62,589 bases of DNA, from contig JAUCBJ010001622.1 of NCBI GenBank assembly GCA_032718475.1, forward strand, positions 1 through 62,589. Reading direction: 5' to 3'. The notes below the pieces were generated by a model, which was given only the letters and a program-made list of their open reading frames with translations, was not told the DNA's origin and searched no databases. Position 1 is the stretch's first letter. The number at the start of each line of letters is the position of its first letter. Shown here one piece after another: positions 11,305 to 23,300 of this stretch. This DNA comes from Nemertoderma westbladi (taxonomy: Eukaryota > Animalia > Xenacoelomorpha). Position numbers and translations under genes: made by a program.

Positions 11305-14300
11305 GTAGGAGGGTGGCAAACCATTTAGTACAGGTAGGAGGGTGGCAAACCATTTAGTACAGGTAGGAGGGTGGCAAACCATTTAGTATAGGGAGGAGGG
11401 TGGCAAACCATTTAGTTTAGGTAGAGGGTGGCAAACCATTTAGTATAGGGAGGAGGGTGGCAAACCATTTAGTATAAGTAGGAGGGTGGCAAACCATTTA
11501 GTATAGGGAGGAGGGTGGCAAACCGTTTAGTATAGGTAGGAGGGTGGCAAACCATTTAGTATAAGTAGGAGGGTGGCAAACCATTTAGTATAGGGAGGAG
11601 GGTGGCAAACCGTTTAGTATAGGTAGGAGGGTGGCAAACCATTTAGTATAGGGAGGAGGGTGGCAACACATTTAGTATAGGTAGGAGGGTGGCAAACCAT
11701 TTAGTATAAGTAGGAGGGTGGCAAACCATTTAGTATAGGTGGAGGGTGGCCAACCATTTAGTATAGGGAGGAGGGTGGCAAACCATTTAGTATAGCTAGA
11801 GGGTGGCAAACCATTTAGTATAGGTAGGAGGGTGGCAAAACATTTAGTATAGGTAGAGGGTGGCAAACCATTTAGTATAGGTAGAGGGTGGCAAACCATT
11901 TAGTATAAGTAGGAGGGTGGCAAACCATTTAGTATAAGTAGGAGGGTGGCAAACCATTTAGTATAGGTGGAGGGTGGCAAACCATTTAGTATAGGTGGAG
12001 GGTGGCCAACCATTTAGTATAGGTGGAGGGTGGCAAACCATTTAGTATAGCTAGAGGGTGGCAAACCATTTAGTATAGGTAGGAGGGTGGCAAAACATTT
12101 AGTATAGGTGGAGGGTGGCAAACCATTTAGTATAGGTGGGAGGGTGGCAAACCATTTAGTATAGGTAGGAGGGTGGCAAACCATTTAGTATAGCTAGAGG
12201 GTGGCAAACCATTTAGTATAGGTAGGAGGGTGGCAAAACATTTAGTATAGGTAGAGGGTGGCAAACCATTTAGTATAGGTAGAGGGTGGCAAACCATTTA
12301 GTATAGGTAGGAGGGTGGCAAAACATTTAGTATAGGTAGAGGGTGGCAAACCATTTAGTATAGGTAGAGGGTGGCAAACCATTTAGTATAGGGAGGAGGG
12401 TGGCAAACCATTTAGTACAGGTAGGAGGGTGGCGAATCATTTAGTATAGGGAGGAGGGTGGCAAACCATTTAGTATAGGTAGAGGGTGGCAAACCATTTA
12501 GTATAGGTAGAGGGTGGCAAACCATTTAGTATAGGGAGGAGGGTGGCAAACCATTTGGTATAGGTAGGAAGGTGGCAAACCATTTAGTATAGGGAGGAGG
12601 GTGGCAAACCATTTGGTATAGGTAGGAAGGTGGCAAACCATTTAGTATAGGGAGGAGGGTGGCAAACCATTTAGTACAGGTAGGAGGGTGGCGAATCATT
12701 TAGTATAGGGAGGAGGGTGGCAAACCATTTAGTATAGGTAGAGGGTGGCAAACCATTTAGTATAGGGAGGAGGGTGGCAAACCATTTAGTATAGGTAGAG
12801 GGTGGCAAACCATTTAGTATAGGTAGGAGGGTGTCAAAACATTTAGTATAGGTAGAGGGTGGCAAACCATTTAGTATAGGTAGAGGGTGGCAAACCATTT
12901 AGTATAAGTAGGAGGGTGGCAAACCATTTAGTATAAGTAGGAGGGTGGCAAACCATTTAGTATAGGTGGAGGGTGGCAAACCATTTAGTATAGGTGGAGG
13001 GTGGCCAACCATTTAGTATAGGTAGGAGGGTGGCAAAACATTTAGTATAGGTGGAGGGTGGCAAACCATTTAGTATAGGTGGGAGGGTGGCAAACCATTT
13101 AGTATAGGTAGGAGGGTGGCAAACTATTTAGTATAAGTAGGAGGGTGGCAAACCATTTAGTATAGCTAGAGGGTGGCAAACCATTTAGTATAGGTAGGAG
13201 GGTGGCAAAACATTTAGTATAGGTAGAGGGTGGCAAACCATTTAGTATAGGTAGAGGGTGGCAAACCATTTAGTATAAGTAGGAGGGTGGTAAACCATTT
13301 AGTATAGGTAGGAGGGTGGCAAACCATTTAGTATAGGTAGGAGGGTGGTAAACCATTTAGTATAGGTAGGAGGGTGGCAAACCATTTAGTATAGGTAGGA
13401 GGGTGGTAAACCATTTAGTATAGGTAGGAGGGTGGCAAACCATTTAGTATAGGGAGGAGGGTGGCAACACATTTAGTATAGGTAGGAGGGTGGCAAACCA
13501 TTTAGTATAAGTAGGAGGGTGGCAAACCATTTAGTATAGGTGGAGGGTGGCCAACCATTTAGTATAGGGAGGAGGGTGGCAAACCATTTAGTATAGCTAG
13601 AGGGTGGCAAACCATTTAGTATAGGTAGGAGGGTGGCAAAACATTTAGTATAGGTAGAGGGTGGCAAACCATTTAGTATAGGTAGAGGGTGGCAAACAAT
13701 TTAGTTTAGGTAGAGGGTGGAGACCGTTTAGTATAGGGAGGAGGGTGGCAAACCATTTAGTATAAGTAGGAGGGTGGCAAACCATTTAGTACAGGTTGGC
13801 AAACCGTTTAGTATAGGTAGGAGGGTGGCAAACCATTTAGTATAGGGAGGAGGGTGGCGAACCATTTAGTATAGGTAGAGGGTGGCAAACCATTTAGTTT
13901 AGGTAGAGGGTGGAGACCGTTTAGTATAGGGAGGAGGGTGGCAAACCATTTAGTTTAGGTAGAGGGTGGAGACCGTTTAGTATAAGTAGGAGGGTGGCAA
14001 ACCGTTTAGTATAGGGAGGAGGGTGGCAAACCATTTAGTACAGGTAGGAGGGTGGCGAATCATTTAGTACAGGTTGGCAAACCGTTTAGTATAGGTAGGA
14101 GGGTGGCAAACCATTTAGTATAGGGAGGAGGGTGGCGAACCATTTAGTATAGGTAGAGGGTGGCAAACCATTTAGTTTAGGTAGAGGGTGGAGACCGTTT
14201 AGTATAGGGAGGAGGGTGGCAAACCATTTAGTTTAGGTAGAGGGTGGAGACCGTTTAGTATAAGTAGGAGGGTGGCAAACCGTTTAGTATAGGGAGGAGG

Positions 14301-17300
14301 GTGGCAAACCATTTAGTACAGGTAGGAGGGTGGCGAATCATTTAGTATAGGTAGAGGGTGGCAAACCATTTAGTATAAGTAGGAGGGTGGCAAACCGTTT
14401 AGTATAGGGAGGAGGGTGGCAAACCGTTTAGTATAGGGAGGAGGGTGGCAAACCATTTAGTACAGGTAGGAGGGTGGCGAATCATTTAGTATAGGGAGGA
14501 GGGTGGCAAACCATTTAGTACAGGTAGGAGGGTGGCAAACCATTTAGTATAAGTAGGAGGGTGGCAAACCGTTTAGTATAGGGAGGAGGGTGGCAAACCA
14601 TTTAGTACAGGTAGGAGGGTGGCGAATCATTTAGTATAGGTAGAGGGTGGCAAACCATTTAGTTTAGGTAGAGGGTGGCAAACCATTTAGTATAAGTAGG
14701 AGGGTGGCAAACCGTTTAGTATAGGGAGGAGGGTGGCAAACCATTTAGTACAGGTAGGAGGGTGGCAAACCATTTAGTATAGGTAGAGGGTGGCAAACCA
14801 TTTAGTATAAGTAGGAGGGTGGCAAACCGTTTAGTATAGGGAGGAGGGTGGCAAACCATTTAGTACAGGTAGGAGGGTGGCGAATCATTTAGTATAGGGA
14901 GGAGGGTGGCAAACCATTTAGTACAGGTAGGAGGGTGGCGAATCATTTAGTATAGGTAGAGGGTGGCAAACCATTTAGTTTAGGTAGAGGGTGGAGACCG
15001 TTTAGTATAGGGAGGAGGGTGGCAAACCATTTAGTATAGGTAGGAGGGTGGCAAACCATTTAGTATAAGTAGGAGGGTGGCAAACTATTTAGTATAGGGA
15101 GGTGGGTGGCAAAACATTTAGTATAGGTGGGAGGGTGGCAAACCATTTAGTATAAGTAGGAGGGTGGCAAACCGTTTAGTATAGGGAGGAGGGTGGCAAA
15201 CCATTTAGTACAGGTAGGAGGGTGGCGAACCATTTAGTATAGGTAGAGGGTGGCAAACCATTTAGTATAGGTAGAGGGTGGCAAACCGTTTAGTATAGGT
15301 AGGAGGGTGGCAAACCATTTAGTATAGGGAGGAGGGTGGCAAACCATTTAGTATAGGGAGGAGGGTGGCAAACCATTTAGTTTAGGTAGAGGGTGGAGAC
15401 CGTTTAGTATAGGGAGGAGGGTGGCAAACCATTTAGTTTAGGTAGAGGGTGGCAAACCATTTAGTATAGGTAGGAGGGTGGCAAACCATTTAGTATAGGT
15501 AGGAGGGTGGCAAACCATTTAGTATAAGTAGGAGTGTGGCAAACTATTTAGTATAGGGAGGAGGGTGGCAAAACATTTAGTATAGGTGGGAGGGTGGCAA
15601 ACCATTTAGTATAAGTAGGAGGGTGGCAAACCGTTTAGTATAGGGAGGAGGGTGGCAAACCATTTAGTATAGGGAGGAGGGTGGCAAACCATTTAGTACA
15701 GGTAGGAGGGTGGCAAACCATTTAGTATAGGTAGGAGGGTGGCAAACCATTTAGTACAGGTAGGAGGGTGGCGAACCATTTAGTATAGGTAGAGGGTGGC
15801 AAACCATTTAGTATAGGTAGAGGGTGGCAAACCATTTAGTATAGGTAGAGGGTGGCAAACCATTTAGTATAGGGAGGAGGGTGGCAAACCATTTAGTATA
15901 TGGAGGAGGGTGGCAAACCATTTAGTACAGGTAGGAGGGTGGCGAACCATTTAGTATAGGTAGAGGGTGGCAAACCATTTAGTATAGGTAGAGGGTGGCA
16001 AACCATTTAGTATAGGGAGGAGGGTGGCAAACCATTTAGTATTGGTAGGTGGGTGGCAAACCATTTAGTATAGGTAGAGGGTGGCAAACCATTTAGTATA
16101 GGTAGAGGGTGGCAAACCATTTAGTTTAGGTAGAGGGTGGAGACCGTTTAGTATAGGGAGGAGGGTGGCAAACCATTTAGTATAGGTAGGAGGGTGGCAA
16201 ACCATTTAGTATAAGTAGGAGGGTGGCAAACTATTTAGTATAGGGAGGTGGGTGGCAAAACATTTAGTATAGGTGGGAGGGTGGCAAACCATTTAGTATA
16301 AGTAGGAGGGTGGCAAACCGTTTAGTATAGGGAGGAGGGTGGCAAACCATTTAGTACAGGTAGGAGGGTGGCGAACCATTTAGTATAGGTAGAGGGTGGC
16401 AAACCATTTAGTATAGGTAGAGGGTGGCAAACCATTTAGTTTAGGTAGAGGGTGGAGACCGTTTAGTATAGGGAGGAGGGTGGCAAACCATTTAGTTTAG
16501 GTAGAGGGTGGAGACCGTTTAGTATAGGGAGGAGGGTGGCAAACCATTTAGTATAGGTAGAGGGTGGCAAACCATTTAGTATAGGTAGGAGGGTGGCAAA
16601 CCATTTAGTATAAGTAGGAGGGTGGCAAACTATTTAGTATAGGGAGGAGGGTGGCAAAACATTTAGTATAGGTGGGAGGGTGGCAAACCATTTAGTATAA
16701 GTAGGAGGGTGGCAAACCGTTTAGTATAGGGAGGAGGGTGGCAAACCATTTAGTACAGGTAGGAGGGTGGCGAACCATTTAGTATAGGTAGAGGGTGGCA
16801 AACCATTTAGTATAGGTAGAGGGTGGCAAACCATTTAGTTTAGGTAGAGGGTGGAGACCGTTTAGTATAGGGAGGAGGGTGGCAAACCATTTAGTATAGG
16901 TAGGAGGGTGGCAAACCATTTAGTATAAGTAGGAGGGTGGCAAACCATTTAGTATAGGGAGGAGGGTGGCAAAACATTTAGTATAGGTAGGAGGGTGGCA
17001 AACCATTTAGTATAGGGAGGAGGGTGGCAAAACATTCAGTATAGGTAGGAGGGTGGCAAACCATTTAGTATAGGTGGAGGGTGGCAAACCATTTAGTATA
17101 GGGAGGAGGGTGGCAAACCATTTAGTATAGGTAGAGGGTGGCAAAACATTTAGTATAGGTAGGAGGGTGACAAACCATTCAGTATAAGTAGGATGGTGGC
17201 AAACCATTTAGTTTAGGAAGAGGGTGGAGGCCGTTTAGTATAGGGAGGAGGGTGGCAAACCATTTAGTATAGGGAGGAGGGTGGCAAACCATTTAGTATA

Positions 17301-20300
17301 GGTAGAGGGTGGCAAACCGTTTAGTATAGGGAGGAGGGTGGCAAACCATTTAGTATAGGGAGGAGGGTGGCAAACCATTTAGTATAAGTAGGAGGGTGGC
17401 AAACCATTTAGTATAGGTAGGAGGGTGGCAAACCATTTAGTATAGGGAGGAGGGTGGCAAACCATTTAGTATAAGTAGGAGGGTGGCAAACCATTTAGTA
17501 TAGGTAGGAGGGTGGCAAACCATTTAGTATAGGGAGGAGGGTGGCAAACCATATAGTACAGTTAGGAGGGTGGCAAACCATATAGTACAGGTAGGAGGGT
17601 GGCAAACCATTTAGTATAGTTAGGAGGGTGGCAAACCATTTGGTCTAGGTGGACGGTGGCAAACCATTACCCTAGCAACCTCTTCTGGTCCATAACCCAC
17701 CGTATAACAATCAAACTAACTAATCCTCCACTCAAAGTACCTACAGCAGGAAAGAAACCCGTTTATTTAATCATACCGTATCTTGGAACTATGTCAACAC
17801 AAATTCAACAAACGACTTAAAATACTTTCTAGAACACTTCCACAAATCGAACTCTAATTAATATTTAGACCCACATCTCGACTGGTTAACTACTTACCTT
17901 TCAAAGACAGATTTCCCAAAGCGATAAGACCTCTTACTTTATACCACTTTAAGTGCACCAGCTGTAACGCTGACTACATCCGGTAAATCCGAGCGCCAAT
18001 TTAAAGTAAGGGTCTCTGAACATCTGGCGAAGTCTCCTCGATCAGGAAAGCCAACAGCCTCTCCTAGACACTCCTCCATACGCGAAAATGCACTCGAGTG
18101 CGACCACCGATTTAATTACCAAGATTTTAGTATCATAGGTACAGCCACAAATAATTACGATCTCCTAATTAAAGAAAGTCTACTTATACAGAAACGAAGA
18201 CCCTCACTAAATGTACAAGGCACTTCCTTTCCTCTACATCTATTTTAGTTACATTATCTACTGTATTCTACTGTATTGTATCTATTGTTACTATACTCTA
18301 CTGTACATACACCCTACCTAATGTCTTTGCTTTGCTGCCGGTACCGTAAACTTGTCTATAATTTGTTAAGTAATTTTGCATTATTGTACTAAACTTAGTT
18401 AAATTAGCAGTCTGCCTAACCCTGTGTAACCATACATAATAATTATATAATATAATATTTTCTAATTATTCTAGTACTTCATTATCAAGCGCATAATATT
18501 TGTTTATTTTGTTTTCATTTGTCTTTATTTTAATTTAGGTTATTTTCTGTAATAATTATAATAATTAATTTGTACCTACTTGTTTGTTGTTTTTTTGGCT
18601 GAAGATGTATATAATTATATACGAAACGTTCCAGATCTAAATAATTATATTTTTCAAATCGCACTACTTGTTCTTTTCTGTTTTAAATTACGATATCCTC
18701 CTGGATTCACCATAACCTCAACTAAATTATTGATGTTATGTTCAGTTGTTTATTCTGTAATTTAATATTTAGGTGCCAATCCGACCCACGGCGAACATTT
18801 GTTCCAGATATTACCGCCAATGGGCTCTGGTTTAGGTAAACTCGGCTCACTCATTCGTTTCGGAGACAACATCCGACTGAACACCGTGGCTGGTAGTGCG
18901 GTCGTTATGTCGCTGTACCACGGGGTAGAGACATCCAGAGCACTTAACGTCTTCTATTACGGAGAAATGCCGGAAATTAAGGGTGAAAAGTAGGTCATCT
19001 AACTGCTGTACTAACTATAACAATTTACATTCGCTCCACAAGCCAATTGCCATACTTATTACATTACGAGTAACATTCGTCTTGTAACCTTCTTCTTTTA
19101 TGGAAAATTATAATCGAATTGAGTGGGAATAGTGAAAAATTTAACTTTCTTTCAGTACACATCAGTGTTTCACACAATGTTTTTGATTCTGATTTGATCT
19201 CATCAAACTGCTATCATTGACCTGGCTGCTGGTTACAATAAATTAATTATGATAGTATAGATAATATTCCGGTACTAATTGAATGAAATCAACGTAATAC
19301 ATTCAATTCTCAAAAGAATAAATTTTTTTCCCCTTGATTTATAATAAAAATATATTTGAATCAAAATTTGATGCAAAAATATCATTCCGGTTTAATAAAC
19401 AAACAATCCTACCATATCAGTGACCGAGATATGCGAAAGTGATGCAGCCAGTAGGTTTAATCTTTACCTTTTCTCTCTACAGGATTCATTCTATGCAAAA
19501 AGTAATGTGTGTCCCAGAATATAAAACAAGTCTTTATACTTTGGCTATACAAACGGGAGATGATATTAATGATATTACAGCAATGGGTCCACTTCTAGTA
19601 ACATTCAGGTAATTCTGATGAATTCATTAAAAAATAAAGCTGTTTTTAATAATTTCATAAGTTGTAGCTTGTATTGTATGACTTTGTAACATGTTACAGT
19701 ACATGTTATTTAGAAGAGTGTTGTTGTGATGTGAACTACCGTGGACATGTGATTCAAATTAATAGAATAAAGTATGTGTTTAAAACTTGAAATTCAATAA
19801 ATATTTTTTTTTATTTTGAAATTCTCTGTACCCCATGCCGTATTACGAACTTTGGGATGGTGTTATTATTTAGAGCTGAATACTAGTTTAATACTCTTTA
19901 TTTCTTTATAACATAATTATATTCTTATAAATTCATCAATTAAGTAATTTATATAGTAAGAATATTGTCGAAATCGTTTGGTTATTTATAATAATTTCGG
20001 AAGGACTGTTTGTTTGTTTTTATACATAGAGGTAGTACTGGTGTGCATTCAATGAAACTGGATTGTTGTTACCTGGGTAATGATCATAGCACCAGATGTG
20101 TCTGGAACATGAAGATTTATGTTAACGTGGCAACACCTGAAATTGGGGACCTCACATCAGTTTCATTTCAGGTACGATTAAAAAGATATAAGGTAAAGTT
20201 TAATAGTTAAAGACTCAATATGAGCTCACTTCAGCATTATGTCTGATAATTTGCTAAGTGTATTAATTGCGTGCTGATTCACACAGATTTTCCACCACAA

Positions 20301-23300
20301 GTTTTTACCACCATACCAGCGAGCAACTATACTACAAATGAACAATGGGTGGAGGTTTAGCAGCCCTACATGCTTATTAGCTTATATTAATATTATTGTA
20401 CTACGAAATCATTTTTCAGTTCATTTTAATTCTTAAAATAATTTACAGTGATGTTATGGTATTATTCAGGTCAGGTATTCTGGGTCACTGATTCAGAAAA
20501 CTTTCCACTTCCATGCAGCATAAAGGAGGTGCCATCTGTGGCTGCATAGACCCTCGTGATAAGTGCATATTCTGGTACTGTAACTAAGACTCCCTTCATT
20601 CTGGGATAGGACCCATATACTCGGCTTCATGGGTATATAGCCTTACCACTACCAGGCATATGGTATTCCAGCAATGGCTGGTCAGGAGTAGAGCGCACTG
20701 GTCTCCAATTTGTGTGCACTCCACTGCGACATGCTCCTGGCAGCAGGGGTACAGGGCATGGCCCAGCAGCCAATTGTGCTGGGCCATGCCTAGACCCTCG
20801 GCAAAGAAATAGTGTGTAATGTGCTTCAGTGTAGGTATGGGTGATGGGTTCTATATCTGACTCAACTGCGACACCCTCCCTGTGGAATGGCAAACCAGGG
20901 TGCGGTATTTGCTCCGAGAACAGACTCGGCAAAAAAGCAACCCCCACTATGGATTACATTAGTAATGCGGAGGTCCGGCCACTAGAGGCCAGTGGAATTA
21001 CTGGAAAATGGCCTCACAGGCGTAAGTTATCTCCTGTCCGGCTGCCTGTCTTACCCTCTACTGGAGAGAGAGTAGCCAACAATTCTATGAGTTCCTTTCC
21101 TGATGACCTTTCTGGCACAAACCCTGGGTCACCAGGGATACCAGATTGCGAGGTGGAGATGGATTCTGAAGGTGGAGGTTACTCTCATGTTCCACCCCGA
21201 TCAACCAAGCCATTGGTGAATCTGAGGCAAGTCACTAGACTAGCCTCAGTAAACACCCTATCACTCGGGTCTCCAATGCGACAAGGTGAGCTGACTGCCT
21301 TGGCAGATAAGCTTTCACTTGGCGCTCTCTTGGTGTTACCCCAGGAGAGGAGGTGGAAAATTTCTACCACAGTCTACAAGCAGCTACTGGTGGAATGGAT
21401 CATCATGCATTCTTAACTTCCCTGGGAGACGTTAATGCTAGTCTGTATCAATTACCCACATCACCCTGGGTCTATATCGATAGTGTTAATCGATATACCG
21501 TCCATCTTCAGGATTTCATATCTAGAAATGGATTGTTTTCGGCTGGAACCCAGTTCAAGAAGCGAACTGGAAAGAGATAGATTCATAGTGGAACCAGTGG
21601 TCACACGTCCCAGATAGACCAGATTCTGTTTCGTAGGAAATACAGGAGCTCTACACAAGACTGCAATGCATTTACACTTCGACCCTTCTCCAGCGATCAC
21701 CGCCTTATTGTGGCCAAGTTAAGACTTAGTCTGCGCGCAAGCACAACAACGAAATCTGCCTTGCCGCGGCATGACTGGTCCTTTCTCTTGCAACAGCCAA
21801 GTGTGAGATCCAGGTTCACACTACAGTTGAGAAACAGGTATGAGGTTTTTGCCCCTGAGGCGGCAGATCATTTTGGCGCTTAGAAGAATAATTGAAGAGT
21901 TATCAAAAAAGAAAGACAGGCATCTGGCTGTTATCTTTGTTGACTTCTTCAAGGCCTTTGATTTAGTCTCTCGCTCACGTTCGCCCATCATTATAAAGAG
22001 TACACTCAGAAACACTAGAGGGCGCCAAACGGCTCCTCCGCTCATTAGAACAGCGCGAAGCTTCCAGTGTGTGTCTTTTTGTTAACTCCATGAAGTCGAA
22101 AATTTTGATAGTTAACTTTGTAAGTCCTCAGGAAATGTCTGATCGTATGAGCATAACCTCAAAGGGTGATGTGCTTCAGCATGTAGACGAGTTATCTGGG
22201 ATCATCGATCCGGAAGTTCGGTGAGGACCTTCAAATACGTAAGGGAAATGTGTGAGCAGCCTTGAATGGGCTTTCCAGGATTTGGAAGTCATACAGAATA
22301 CATCGGAAACTGTAGTGGTACGAGTACTCGGCTATGGGAGCCCATGCTGAGCTCTTACTGCTGAGGACGCCAAATCTTTGGATGGCAATTTCACAAGAAT
22401 GCTGCGCCGGGTTCATTGTGTCAAGTACAATGAACACATCGCCAATCAGACTCTGTAAAACATTGGTGATGTTCCATTAGTCTCCCCTAGCTTGACCCTT
22501 GATCGGAACCGCCAATGCTTCGCAGGACATTGCTTCCGCCGTGAAGACCAGCCAGTGCATAATCTTGTGCTTTGGCGGCCTCATGGAGCGAATAAGCGTG
22601 GTGGACATCCCATGACTTTCTTAAGACGCGTCTTAAAGGACTCTGGCCTTGGAGATGCGGATGAACCAGCAAATGTCATGGGTGATAAGGAGTTGTGGCG
22701 GCGCAATTTTGTCGACAAGCCGGCACAGCATTCTTAATATATATGTACTATATGTAATGCAGCTGCAAAGCAGTATGCCGATCGTAGTAGTAGTAGTAGT
22801 CGTAATATGTTATTACATAGATTATCATACATAAATACAGTAGGCTCATGATCTGGTACCAGAGGTCCAGTGCTTATAGTGATCAAAAGTCACAATTTTT
22901 GTAACATTTTTGGATTAGTCACACTAGAGTACAGAAGTAGGCCTAATTTTATTAATTGATTATATTGAGTTGATACTAGGATATAAATTGAGGTATTATT
23001 TGATAAGGCAGTGCGATATTTTCCAAAATCCGCTTCATTTAATGTATAAACAACCCCACATTAAGAGGGCATGGGTTGAAAACTATGATAAAATATGGAT
23101 CATAAAAGAGAGTAAAAAGGGTAAATTTCCATATTGTTTTGGTGAGAAACATTATTACTGTACTTTGTTCAATATTGCTTTAATTCAGAACATTCTGCAT
23201 ACCACTAGCACAGTTGGCTAATGTTGAAGTTACACATTTATTGTTTTTCACCATAAATTTAAACATCTAGTCTATCTAATCTGAACATTTACCAACCTGC

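Noticed and set aside
11289-17668. CRISPR-like or telomeric array
   Set aside because: The units are contiguous with no unique spacers and no cas genes, and the context is eukaryotic. The unit is not a TTAGG/TTAGGG repeat. The same applies to the other arrays.
20841-21416. 191-aa ORF as a host gene
   Set aside because: It lies within the decayed LINE region and has no recognisable domain.
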